Positions 32,301 to 41,091 of a stretch of DNA of 64,000 nucleotides are shown piece after piece. Location of the stretch: positions 1-64,000 of the IMG/VR virus record IMGVR_UViG_3300025575_000011, one strand, 5' to 3'. This stretch comes from a virus. Its lineage: Duplodnaviria; Caudoviricetes. Position 1 is the first letter of the stretch. Each line of letters starts with the position of its first letter. The translations under genes and the position numbers were made by a program. The notes beneath the pieces were generated by a model, which was not told the DNA's origin, ran no database searches, and worked only from the letters and a program-made list of their open reading frames with translations.

Positions 32301-32445
32301 TAAACAAGATATTTTCAATGTAGGAGATATTATTAAATTAGGTGGAGTTGCCAACAGACCAAAATCTAAGAAAATTGATGGTGAGTGGACTAAATCTACA
32401 ACTGAAACAGAAAAGTGGATATCAAGATATAATATAGTAAAGTGA
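29323..32445 (+). CDS. dnaE: DNA polymerase III alpha subunit (family C)
   Basis: PHP domain YHCHS...SEHG...GTDTH, RGSCNGS, DVDID, THACG, KMDLL, YQEQ, YGFSKNHS. Confidence 0.95.
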   Translation: MDKNYVMYHCHSTMSNGTMMDSSTNFQKYIDLAVANGMSSIAFSEHGNIFNWIQKKMSCDKAGIKYIHGEEFYSTTTIDEKIRETFHIGLYAKNWDGVKEINKLSSKSFNKEDNHFYYRPRLSLEEIMNTSDSIIVTTACMASILWQRKGEPAAEEFLEWMSENKHRCFLEVQYHNNSEEQKEYNLLLLEHSKKYGIPLISGTDTHAGDDEDAELRKVLQLSKGIKFPEEEEFDLTFKTYGELVKEFKNQKCLPEKVYLEAINNTNVFADMVESFELDFSYKYPKIYETPESELKKRVNTGVLGRKLNSWEDKDKKKQYYARIKEEFAVFDQLKMLDYILLLDDIINFCKENNISVSPRGSCNGSLILWALGITDIDSIRFDLPFFRFCNPERVSLGDVDIDMASIKRPLVKDFLYTYPKIQGSAIITFQTYALRGAIKGIGRGLNIPLSEVESISADIDEIDEEDDKGESKKITTFHNKEKWEAKYPKLLTMAYRCLGVIENVSTHACGFVATDRNIDEEIGTFKSDKCPWVISQNNMKCIDAVNFVKMDLLVVDNVQIVEDTCRLAEVPILDNNEIDFEDIDVWNEMLISGLGIFQFEKTGFRHLKHTLENFGEFQKQVKGITRLDVMTALNGIIRPAGDSIRDDFILGKPFRSGMKEIDDSLGETLSYCIYQEQIMMWLYNFCGYTMAQSDTVRRGIAKKYGTEKLIPEIEKGFMDFCTKTYPQYDEEYLKIVLAKFIQVILDASFYGFSKNHSNPYSILGFKCAYLRHYYPLEFLTVQFNINDGRIEKTSKINDYMNKFTDIKVKSIKFRKSKSEYACDKSTNIIYKGIKSVKYLSEQVALELHELGKKEYDSFLDLIMEITENSCVNSRQMAILIKLNFFEEFGGNKYLMNVYEAFSSKYKKTYVDKTKVKRIEEIKTLISDMEDVAFNIKEQLEYEKEFLGFLQSTFDMDETFVYISDLDLKYSPKVMCYYLKGGYEECLKIYKKEYKQDIFNVGDIIKLGGVANRPKSKKIDGEWTKSTTETEKWISRYNIVK

Positions 32446-32454
32446 GGGTGATTT

Positions 32455-32988
32455 ATAATTTTAAGTTTTTATAAGTACACAGACAAACAAAAGACAGAAT
32501 TATTGAAGTCAATTGTAATATTAGTAGACACTCGTGAGCAGAAAAATGAATGGATTATAAATTACTTTGATGAGAAAAAGATTCCATATAAGATTAAGAA
32601 ACTTGATCATGGAGACTATTCATATTTTATTCCTAAAAATGATGAACTTAATATCCCTCGTGAATTATATATGGATCAAATTGTAGCAGTCGAAAGAAAA
32701 GCTAACTTAGAAGAGTTGTCAGGAAATATGACAACTGATAGGGAGAGGTTAGAAAAGGAGTTTAGTTTATACAAAGGAAAGATGCATTTGCTGATTGAGA
32801 ATGCATCTTATGATGATATTTACAACAATAATTATAAGACCCAATACAATAAAAAATCATACATGGGAAGTTTGCATAGTTTTGCTTTGAGATATGATTT
32901 ATCAATTATGTTTATGCCTAAGAAAGAATGTAGTGGCGTTTTTATCTTCTGTACTTTCTATTATCACATGAAAAGTTTACTCCATTAA
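32455..32988 (+). CDS. ERCC4-domain nuclease (resolvase-like), probable ATA/ATT start
   Basis: VDTREQ, KLDHGDY, VERKANLEEL; frame is open upstream of TTG 32503 to ATA 32455, 6 nt after GAGGG. Confidence 0.85.
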   Translation: MILSFYKYTDKQKTELLKSIVILVDTREQKNEWIINYFDEKKIPYKIKKLDHGDYSYFIPKNDELNIPRELYMDQIVAVERKANLEELSGNMTTDRERLEKEFSLYKGKMHLLIENASYDDIYNNNYKTQYNKKSYMGSLHSFALRYDLSIMFMPKKECSGVFIFCTFYYHMKSLLH

Positions 32989-33017
32989 TAGTTTAACAAA
33001 TAATAAATAATATTTTA

Positions 33018-33046
33018 TTGACTTAATATAACCCATATGCTATACT
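33018..33046 (+). promoter_or_regulatory. sigmaA-type promoter
   Basis: TTGACT-17 nt-TATACT. Confidence 0.7.
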
Positions 33047-33136
33047 AATATACATAGGGAGTGGTTAACCGACAAAACAAAATTCTGAACGAAAAGAGGG
33101 TGCATTATCATGTGAATTACATTATTCCAATATCTC

Positions 33137-33172
33137 CCACCTCTGGAACATAGGCGTAGCAAGGGTTTCAAA
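33137..33172. repeat. partial copy of the intergenic hairpin element
   Basis: acctctggaa-12 nt-aagggtttca has the same arms and spacing as 39361-39400; followed by junction site 33186. Confidence 0.55.
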
Positions 33173-33508
33173 AACCCAAAATAGCTTAAAATCTGGCTTT
33201 TATGGGATTGCATAAAAAGGAGAGCATAATGGATGAAAGTGGGACAACAGGAGTTTGGTTAGTTATGATTTCACTTGGAATAATCGGTATAGTTTTTCAA
33301 TTGGTCAACCTTACATAAATAATAAATATAAATGAAAGAAGGAATTATTAATGGGATTTTCTACACATAAACAACGTTTTACAGCTTTGGAGTCTAAGAA
33401 GTTGAATAGTGGATTGACTGAGGATGAACTTGTTGAATTTAATGTACTAGAAGATTCATTAATCATGGATGAAGTAATTAAATATTGCGGTAAATAAATG
33501 GAGGTGAA

Positions 33509-33766
33509 ATGATGGAACAAAAATATAATGATTGGATTGAGTGCGATAAATTAGACTACGACTATCGAGATCGAATTAATTTCAAATACATCGTTTCGGA
33601 ATCTGACGATACTGTTACATATTATAAACAGAGAGTTATGAAAATCTATGATGCAGAATGGTTTAGAAATAAGCCTGTTATTTGGACAGATAGCCCAGAT
33701 TTAGAAGTTGATCATAGTCTTTATTGGTCAAATTCAAGAAAAGTCAAAGAGGAAGGTGATAAATAG
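33509..33766 (+). CDS. hypothetical protein
   Basis: RBS ggaggtg. Confidence 0.6.
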   Translation: MMEQKYNDWIECDKLDYDYRDRINFKYIVSESDDTVTYYKQRVMKIYDAEWFRNKPVIWTDSPDLEVDHSLYWSNSRKVKEEGDK

Positions 33767-33994
33767 TTGGCTGATTTGTCCATGTGCAAGTGGGAAAGAT
33801 GTATCCAAAAAGAAGTATGCCAAAGATTTATTGCTCCTCCAGAAACAGAGACAGAACAAATTTATATGCATTTTGAGAATAAGTGTAGTAAAAACAATGA
33901 TTGGTTTTGGTTTTATGGAGATAGAAGTAATATGGTTGTAGAAGAAGAAACTGTGCTGATAGAAGAAATAGTTAAGGAAGAGGATGTTACATAA
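33767..33994 (+). CDS. Cys-containing hypothetical protein
   Basis: DLSMC...C..K..C.RF. Confidence 0.55.
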   Translation: MADLSMCKWERCIQKEVCQRFIAPPETETEQIYMHFENKCSKNNDWFWFYGDRSNMVVEEETVLIEEIVKEEDVT

Positions 33995-34170
33995 TTAAGA
34001 TTCAACTCGAATGTATCAAGGAATGCGAAGGTTATATTATAGGAGAAAAATACACAATGGTAAGTTGTTCAGGAAAGTATGTTGAGATGGTAAATTCAAA
34101 TGGGTTTAGAGAGATTATGCTTGATGTTTATTTTAGTGGATTTGCCAAGAGATTAAAGAACAATAAATAA
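33991..34170 (+). CDS. small hypothetical protein (59 aa), probable ATA start
   Basis: AGGA-6 nt-ATA ATT AAG..., open to TAA 34168; fills the gap before nrdD. Confidence 0.4.
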   Translation: MIKIQLECIKECEGYIIGEKYTMVSCSGKYVEMVNSNGFREIMLDVYFSGFAKRLKNNK

Positions 34171-34188
34171 TAATATAGGAGGAAATAA

Positions 34189-36414
34189 ATGAACAAAGTT
34201 ACAAAAAGAGATGGCAGAATTATCACATTTGACAAGGACAAAATCACTAATGCAATTAAATTAGCAATGATTCGTACAGAAAAGGGTATTGATGAGGCAT
34301 TAGCTGTTGATATATCAGATAAAGTAAGTAAAATGGACAAAAAAGACATGAATGTTGAAGAAATTCAAGATTTAGTAGAACTTAAACTAATGGCAAGTGC
34401 AAGAAAAGATGTTGCTAAAGAATTTATTACATATAGAAATAAAAGAAGTGAAGTAAGACAAAAAAATACAGAGTTAAATAAGAAAATTGAGAAAATCCTT
34501 CTATGCAGTAACATCCAAAATTCAAATGCCAATGTAGATGAATATTCTTTTGGTGGAAGAAAGTTTGAAAGTGCAGGATTATTACATAAAGATTTTGCAA
34601 TGAAGAACTTACTTCGTAGTGGGGTAGCAGAAGCGTTCATTGAAAATAGGATTTATATCCATGACTTTGATTCTTATGATATTGGAATGCATAACTGTCT
34701 TTTCTCAGATGTTGGTAAACTCTTAGACGAAGGATTTACAACTAGAAATGGTGATGTTAGAGGAGCAAATTCAATCGGTAGTGCTATGCAATTAGTAGCA
34801 GTAATCTTTCAATGTCAGAGTCAGGTACAATTTGGAGGAGTAGGAAGTATCCATTTAGATGTTGATCTTGCACCTTCAGTTTCTAAATCATTCTTGAAAC
34901 TTTTCTGCAAAGGATTATTCTACTTTGATGATATTAAAACTCCAAAAAAGTTTGTCATTGATGAAGCATTAGATGTAACTTTAGACAATATAAAGTACTT
35001 AGAATACAAATATCCAAAAGCAACAAACTACGCTTTATTAGAATTAGATAAAGAAGGATTGCAAGCAGCACAAGCATTATTCCACAATCTAAACACTCTA
35101 GAATCCCGTCCGGGGTCTCAACTACCATTTACCTCAGTTAACTATGGCAGAGACATTACAACAGAAGGAAGGAAGGTTTCTGAATGGCTGTTACGAGCTA
35201 GTGTTGATGGGATTGGTAAGTATCACACAACAAGTATTTTCCCTATTAGCATCTTCCAATATAAGAAGGGAATTAATGATGTTGAAGGCACTCCAAATTA
35301 TAGTTTAAAGAAATTAGCAATCAAATCAATGTGTAAAAGAATTTATCCTAATTGGGTTAATGGTGATTTTAGTAACAATATTGAAGATGAAAATGATCCA
35401 AATACTTATATGGCTACAATGGGCTGTAGAACAATGATTGGTTCAGATGTACATGGGCTAGGATATTCTAAACTTGGAAGGGGAAACATTTCCCCTGTTA
35501 CAATTAATCTACCAAAACTAGGTATCAAACATGGTATTTGTTTAGGGAAAACCGCACCAGACTTAATGGGATTTTGGAAAGAACTTGATGATGTTCTAGA
35601 ATTAACTACACAAGCACTGGTTGATAGGTTTTATCATATTTGTAATCAATCAGTTAAATCTGCACCATTTATGTATAAGAATGGAACAGTTGTAGACTCA
35701 GAAAGTGCATTGAAAAATGGCGTATATGAAGCAATGAGACATGGCACTAATGCAATTGGATACATTGGAGTTGCAGAAATGTGTCAAGCATTGTTTGGGA
35801 ATAATCATGCTGAATCAGAAATAGTTAAAGCATTTGCATTAGAAGTAATTGTACATATGTCAGATCATGCAAAGAAAGCTAGTTCTGAATATAATCTAAA
35901 CTTTAGTCTTTACGCAACTCCAGCAGAAAACTTATGTAAAACGATGATGTCAGGACTTAAAAAAGAGTTTGGAGTTATTCCAAATGTCACAGAAAAAGAT
36001 TATCTTACTAATTCACATCATGTTCCAGTATGGCAGGAGATTTCAATCTTTGATAAGTTAAAAGTAGAAGCTCCATTCTGTAAATATCCTACTGGTGGTT
36101 GTATTACATATGTTGAATTAGACAGTTCAATTATTCATAATGAAGAAGCAGTTGAGAAGATTATTGATTTTGCAATGACATTAGACATTCCTTACATGGC
36201 ATTTAACTTTCCTATTGATTCTTGCTTGGATTGTGGTTATCAAAGTGAATTTAATGATGCTTGCCCTGTATGCGGAAGTGAAAATATCCAACAACTACGA
36301 AGGGTTACAGGATATTTAAGCACAGACTTTAGAAACTTCAATGAAGGGAAGAAACAAGAAATAAATGATAGGGTAAAGCATTCATTATTTACAGACTTTA
36401 CAAAGGGTGAATAA
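34189..36414 (+). CDS. nrdD: anaerobic ribonucleoside-triphosphate reductase (class III)
   Basis: ATP cone VTKRDG, MGCRT, ATPAENLC, CxxC...CPVC, glycyl-radical loop RRVTGYL. Confidence 0.95.
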   Translation: MNKVTKRDGRIITFDKDKITNAIKLAMIRTEKGIDEALAVDISDKVSKMDKKDMNVEEIQDLVELKLMASARKDVAKEFITYRNKRSEVRQKNTELNKKIEKILLCSNIQNSNANVDEYSFGGRKFESAGLLHKDFAMKNLLRSGVAEAFIENRIYIHDFDSYDIGMHNCLFSDVGKLLDEGFTTRNGDVRGANSIGSAMQLVAVIFQCQSQVQFGGVGSIHLDVDLAPSVSKSFLKLFCKGLFYFDDIKTPKKFVIDEALDVTLDNIKYLEYKYPKATNYALLELDKEGLQAAQALFHNLNTLESRPGSQLPFTSVNYGRDITTEGRKVSEWLLRASVDGIGKYHTTSIFPISIFQYKKGINDVEGTPNYSLKKLAIKSMCKRIYPNWVNGDFSNNIEDENDPNTYMATMGCRTMIGSDVHGLGYSKLGRGNISPVTINLPKLGIKHGICLGKTAPDLMGFWKELDDVLELTTQALVDRFYHICNQSVKSAPFMYKNGTVVDSESALKNGVYEAMRHGTNAIGYIGVAEMCQALFGNNHAESEIVKAFALEVIVHMSDHAKKASSEYNLNFSLYATPAENLCKTMMSGLKKEFGVIPNVTEKDYLTNSHHVPVWQEISIFDKLKVEAPFCKYPTGGCITYVELDSSIIHNEEAVEKIIDFAMTLDIPYMAFNFPIDSCLDCGYQSEFNDACPVCGSENIQQLRRVTGYLSTDFRNFNEGKKQEINDRVKHSLFTDFTKGE

Positions 36415-36927
36415 ATGCATATAAGTGGACTTGTAAATGAAAGTTTAGTAGATGGAATAGGAATCAGGACAACCATTTTTATTAGTGGTTGTCGCCACTT
36501 CTGTAAAGGGTGTCAAAATCCAGAGACACATAATTTTAAGAGAGGAGTTGAATTTGACGAAGAATTACAATGGAAAGTAATTGATGATATAAGAAACAAT
36601 CCTCTTATTCAAGGAATTACATTAAGTGGTGGAGATCCTATGTTCTCTGCAAAAGAATTAGTAGAATTTATTGAGTTTGCTAAGAGTGAACTTAGTGATA
36701 TTAATTTTGATGTATGGTGTTACACTGGATTTACATATGAAATGATTAGAAATAGTAATGATCCTGATACAATTGACTTACTTAAATTATGTGATGTTTT
36801 GGTTGATGGGAAGTTTATATTGGAACAAAAAGATATTACATTATCATTTAGAGGTAGTGCCAATCAGAGGATTATTGATGTTAAGAAAAGTTTAAGACAA
36901 GGTACTGTAATTAAGTTAATGGAATAA
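36415..36927 (+). CDS. nrdG: class III RNR activase (radical SAM)
   Basis: VDGIGIR, GCRHFCKGCQN, LSGGDP, FRGSANQR. Confidence 0.95.
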   Translation: MHISGLVNESLVDGIGIRTTIFISGCRHFCKGCQNPETHNFKRGVEFDEELQWKVIDDIRNNPLIQGITLSGGDPMFSAKELVEFIEFAKSELSDINFDVWCYTGFTYEMIRNSNDPDTIDLLKLCDVLVDGKFILEQKDITLSFRGSANQRIIDVKKSLRQGTVIKLME

Positions 36928-36952
36928 ATATAATATAAAGGAGATTAAATAT

Positions 36953-37420
36953 ATGGCATATGCAGTAGGACTTAGAGGATTTGAATTAGTATCAAAGGAT
37001 AAGAAAAAGAATGTAGTTGATGCAATTAAACCAAAAAGAGGAACAAAAACTTCAGCAGGGTATGATTTTTCAACTCCTGTAAAGTTTTCCATTCCTTCTC
37101 ATGGCAAAGCAACAATCTGGACAGATATTAAATCGTATATGCAACATGAAGAAGTCTTAACTTTACATATTAGAAGTTCAATTGCTAATAAAAAAGGATT
37201 AAGACTTGCAAACTGCACAGGTATTGTGGATTCAGACTATTTTAACAATCAAGACAATGAAGGAAATATTGGTCTTTGTTTTTATAATGATAGTAATGAT
37301 ACTGTAACAATTGAAGCAGGAGAGAGAGTAGCACAAGGTATTTTTCTTCAATTTCTTGAAGCATTTGAGGGGAATACAGAAAATACAAGAGTTAGTGGTT
37401 TTGGAAGTACAGGAGAATAA
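36953..37420 (+). CDS. dut: trimeric dUTPase
   Basis: SAGYDF, IRSS, GIVDSDY, RVAQGIF, RVSGFGSTG. Confidence 0.93.
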   Translation: MAYAVGLRGFELVSKDKKKNVVDAIKPKRGTKTSAGYDFSTPVKFSIPSHGKATIWTDIKSYMQHEEVLTLHIRSSIANKKGLRLANCTGIVDSDYFNNQDNEGNIGLCFYNDSNDTVTIEAGERVAQGIFLQFLEAFEGNTENTRVSGFGSTGE

Positions 37421-37436
37421 AGGAGTTGTAATTATC

Positions 37437-37661
37437 ATGTTACAAGTTGGGAAAGTATACACACATTATAAAAAGGGAGATAGATACACAGTTCTAGACT
37501 TTGCTAAACACTCTGAAACACAAGAGGATATGATCATTTATCAGGCTGAATATGGTAATCGTGCTATTTGGGTAAGACCATTAAATATGTGGAACGATGA
37601 GATTGCAGAAAATAAGGTAACTGATTTTGGTCAAAGTGTTAGATTTAAAGAAGAATCATAA
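37437..37661 (+). CDS. DUF1653-family protein
   Basis: YTHYKKG..Y.V...AKHSET.E..IIYQA.YG...IWVRP..MW; start ATG 37437. Confidence 0.8.
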   Translation: MLQVGKVYTHYKKGDRYTVLDFAKHSETQEDMIIYQAEYGNRAIWVRPLNMWNDEIAENKVTDFGQSVRFKEES

Positions 37662-37779
37662 ACAATATAATAAGTAAAGACACTATATATAGTTACAAAA
37701 TACATAAATAATACTACATATAGTGTCTAAAACTCAATAGAATAAAACGAAAATTTCAAAGGAATAAAGGAGAGATGAT

Positions 37780-38880
37780 ATGAAAAATACAATATTTTTG
37801 CCTAAGACTATCAAAGTAGGATATCAATCACGTACCGATACATATACAGGACAGTTAGCTTATGTCATTTATATTGACCAGAAAGGAGTTCTAAGAAAAG
37901 AAACATCTTGGAATAGTTGGCGAGATAATAAAATTGAACCACAAGATTTTTCAAATGAACCAACTTCGGGATTTGTTCTAAATAAAAAGGTTGGTGATTA
38001 TGTTTCAGATTGGAATCATAGGCAAGCATATGTAAGAGTTTATGATCCTAGAAACTTTGAGTTTGAGATTACCATTGAAAATTTACTCTATATCCTTGAG
38101 AATGCTAGTTCAATTAAAGGTAAAGGACTTGAAGGTAATTTTGTCTATGGTTGGGATGGTAAGGATTTGTTATTGATTCCAACAGAATCTCCAGATTATA
38201 AGGAAATTACCGAATATAGTGAAATAATATTCCAAAAGAAATATGTTAAAGCTAAAGAATTAATATTAGGGGCTACATACAAAACTAAATCAAATGAAGA
38301 ATGGATTTATATGGGTAGGTTTGATTACCATACCACTAAATATGACAAAGTTCTATCTAAGATACAAAGTAATTCTTGGTATTCCCCTTCATATGATAGC
38401 GTCATAGTAAATGTCAATAAGGGAAAGCATCATTTCTTTGCTAGAGAAACTATAGATTATAAGGATAATAAATATTTAAGTATCTTAACTATTAAATCAC
38501 TTGGAGAGAGGTTTATAGATACAGTATCATCTGATTGCGTAGAAAACTATGCAGAGTTATTTGAAAAACTTGAATGCAAAACCGATTATTCACCATACGA
38601 TGAAAACAAAGATGAATATATAAGGTATACATTGGAGGAATTTAATAGTTCTATAAATAAAAGCAGATGGATTCATTATTATGATAATCTAAAGAATAAA
38701 TATGAAGTATATTTTGGACGCGATGACATATTTCATTATCGGAAAATTGATGCAAATAATCATTATGGTGATGAGAAATCAGTTCAAGGAACATTAGAAG
38801 AAATATATAACTTAATTAAACCAATGTACAAAAACGAGTATTTAGAAAATAATAAATTATATAGAGAGGGGAATAAATAA
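37780..38880 (+). CDS. conserved phage hypothetical protein
   Basis: 366-aa ORF coupled to the next ORF. Confidence 0.65.
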   Translation: MKNTIFLPKTIKVGYQSRTDTYTGQLAYVIYIDQKGVLRKETSWNSWRDNKIEPQDFSNEPTSGFVLNKKVGDYVSDWNHRQAYVRVYDPRNFEFEITIENLLYILENASSIKGKGLEGNFVYGWDGKDLLLIPTESPDYKEITEYSEIIFQKKYVKAKELILGATYKTKSNEEWIYMGRFDYHTTKYDKVLSKIQSNSWYSPSYDSVIVNVNKGKHHFFARETIDYKDNKYLSILTIKSLGERFIDTVSSDCVENYAELFEKLECKTDYSPYDENKDEYIRYTLEEFNSSINKSRWIHYYDNLKNKYEVYFGRDDIFHYRKIDANNHYGDEKSVQGTLEEIYNLIKPMYKNEYLENNKLYREGNK

Positions 38881-38881
38881 T

Positions 38882-39289
38882 ATGAAAACTGAAACAAACG
38901 ATCAAAAGATTATGGAACTGAAAAAACAAATCGAGGTAAAGAAAAACAAAGTAGGAAAATCCCAAAAGTTTAGCCCAATTACTAATTGTTCAATTGAGGT
39001 TGATGGAGAGCGTTCTAATATTCAAGTATTGACAAAAGAAAAGTTAATCTCATTAATGGTAAAACTAAATTCATATTCAATTTCTGCCAAAGACTTAGAA
39101 GTAGAATATATTATCAGTGGTTACAATGTAGTGGATTGGATTCAAGATATTAAGTCAAAACTTGATTTTGTCAGTCGAAAGGAAGAAGAAAATAAACTAA
39201 AATTCATGGAATCCAAGTTACATGAATTGCTTTCTAATGAAAAGAAGGTAGAACTTGAAATTGATGAAATTGCATCGTTTTTAAAGTAA
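38882..39289 (+). CDS. coiled-coil hypothetical protein
   Basis: 135-aa ORF ending next to junction site 39296. Confidence 0.6.
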   Translation: MKTETNDQKIMELKKQIEVKKNKVGKSQKFSPITNCSIEVDGERSNIQVLTKEKLISLMVKLNSYSISAKDLEVEYIISGYNVVDWIQDIKSKLDFVSRKEEENKLKFMESKLHELLSNEKKVELEIDEIASFLK

Positions 39290-39360
39290 ATCCCCATGAA
39301 ATTGATGTTTTAACCTAGTGTAAAATTTAAGAAATTGTAAATATCAGAAAATTAGATGTT

Positions 39361-39400
39361 AAACCTCTGAAAGCGTTGGTGTGTAAGGGTTTCAGAGGTT
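39361..39400. repeat. intergenic hairpin element, copy A
   Basis: aacctctgaaa[gcgttggtgtgtaaggg]tttcagaggtt: 11-bp arms, 17-nt asymmetric core. Confidence 0.8.
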
Positions 39401-39516
39401 AGGTTGTTACATTTGCCAAAAGAGAAGGAATACAGTTATTTAGGGTAAATCATCAATAATACCATGAAATCAATCTTTTATCCTATTGGAATAAATAATA
39501 AAAAGGTGGAATATTA

Positions 39517-40482
39517 TTGTTAGAATTAAATAATATATATAATGAAGATTGTATATATGGAATGAAGAGAATTGATGCCGAATCTATTGATTTAATTATT
39601 ACAGATCCTCCATACTTAATTAATTATCAGAGTGCAATGAGGACTGATAGATTTGATAAGATTGAAGGAGATAAAGGTACTAAATCGGATTATAATTTAA
39701 TTACTAATTCGTTAAATGAACTGCATAGAGTATTAAAGGAAGGTTCGCATATTTATATGTTTTGCAGTTGGCATAATATTGATTTCTTCAAGCAAGAATT
39801 TCAAAAACATTTTGAATTAAAGAATATATTAATATGGAAGAAGAAGGGTGGGTTTATAGGCGATTTAGAAACACAATATGGTGTTGATTATGAGTTTATA
39901 TTATTTGGATTTAAAAAATGGGAATATTATGATGTAGATAAAGATTGTAATTCATACCCCTTAGTAAGAGGCTATTTTAAAAAATTACAAAAGCATATAG
40001 GTTTAAAATTAAAAGAAATAAACACACATTTAGGGCATAGAAAAGCGGAACATTGTTTTTACTGGAAAACAACGCAATGGGATATGCCGACTAAAGAAAC
40101 ATATAATGAATTAATAAGAACCTTCAACATTGATAACTGGAATGAATTCAAAGAATTTAATAGCTTGAAGGTCGAATATGATAAATTAAAATATATTTAT
40201 AATAAAAGAAAACCTTTAAATGGGAAAAGAATATCTGGCATAATTGAAACATCTAAAGTGCCCAATAAGGAATATATTCACCCTACTCAAAAACCAGAAG
40301 AGATAATTAACATACTTATAGAAAAATCAAGCATAGAAAACGACATAATTCTTGATCCCTTTATAGGTTCTGGTACGACTGCAATAGCATCAATGAACAC
40401 TAATCGTCAATACATAGGTTTTGAATTAGATAATACATATTATGATTTAGCACAAAAAAGAATAGAAGAACATATCAATTAA
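39517..40482 (+). CDS. orphan DNA methyltransferase, beta class (N6-A likely), with internal insert
   Basis: ITDPPY, HPTQKP, DPFIGSGTT; about 90-aa insertion (RGYFKKLQ...QWDMPTKETY). Confidence 0.9.
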   Translation: MLELNNIYNEDCIYGMKRIDAESIDLIITDPPYLINYQSAMRTDRFDKIEGDKGTKSDYNLITNSLNELHRVLKEGSHIYMFCSWHNIDFFKQEFQKHFELKNILIWKKKGGFIGDLETQYGVDYEFILFGFKKWEYYDVDKDCNSYPLVRGYFKKLQKHIGLKLKEINTHLGHRKAEHCFYWKTTQWDMPTKETYNELIRTFNIDNWNEFKEFNSLKVEYDKLKYIYNKRKPLNGKRISGIIETSKVPNKEYIHPTQKPEEIINILIEKSSIENDIILDPFIGSGTTAIASMNTNRQYIGFELDNTYYDLAQKRIEEHIN

Positions 40483-40576
40483 GGTAATTACATAAAATAT
40501 ATAAAATATTACCATAAAATCGAATTTTCATCGTCCTCAATAATTAAGAATCTAAAATATTAGAAAATCAGGTATT

Positions 40577-40616
40577 AAACATCTGAAACCCTTACACACC
40601 AACGGTTACAGAGGTT
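40577..40616. repeat. intergenic hairpin element, copy B (core inverted relative to copy A)
   Basis: aacatctgaaa[cccttacacaccaacgg]ttacagaggtt; core is the reverse complement of the copy A core at 16/17. Confidence 0.8.
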
Positions 40617-41061
40617 GGTTTCACCATTTATCCAAAAACACAGTAAAACAGCCATTTTTCCCTAAAATACCCTAATAGGATAAAAAACACATTTCGAAGG
40701 GTTATAAAGGAGAACTAAAATGTTTATACTAACATGCTCTAAGTGTAATAATAAAATAGAAATTGATGAAGATAAATATAGAGTTAAACCCACTGACAAT
40801 TTTAGTATTTTTATTAACTATAGCGATTATGGAGATGCAATATTTATTGAGTGTAATAATTGTTGTCAAGAAACTATAATAAAATAAAGGAGTGGAATAA
40901 ATGGATACTAAAATAAACATATGTGATACTTGCATCCACCATCCCTACGATTGTTCAGCAAAAGAAACAGATGTTAGATATGGTGATGGAATTGGTTTAG
41001 ATAATGTTTATGATTGTGCTGTTTATACTAAAGGAACTGTGGGATTTGCTCAATATTAACA

Positions 41062-41090
41062 TTGACTTTATAAGTGTAATATAATATAAT
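41062..41090 (+). promoter_or_regulatory. sigmaA-type promoter
   Basis: TTGACT-17 nt-TATAAT. Confidence 0.65.
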
Positions 41091-41091
41091 T

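Larger units (their letters stand above)
6834..40697. repeat. dispersed palindromic site ATRAAA-N6-TTTYAT (often CC(C)/GG(G)-flanked), about 27 copies at accessory-gene junctions
   Basis: Left arms start at 6834, 7429, 7718, 9336, 10620, 14041, 14274, 14705, 15478, 16024, 16975, 17361, 17572, 18207, 18546, 18723, 20164, 21089, 22164, 22312, 22879, 33186, 37742, 39296, 39464, 40514, 40680; spacer always 6 nt; some arms carry 1-2 mismatches. Confidence 0.85.

Noticed and set aside
25994-36414. Inteins or introns in the helicase, DnaE or NrdD
   Set aside because: ORFs are continuous and of ordinary length, with no C...HN splice motifs or LAGLIDADG blocks seen.
39880-40210. Insert in the MTase as an intein or mobile element
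   Set aside because: In frame, about 90 aa, with no splicing motifs; it sits in the variable target-recognition region of beta-class MTases.
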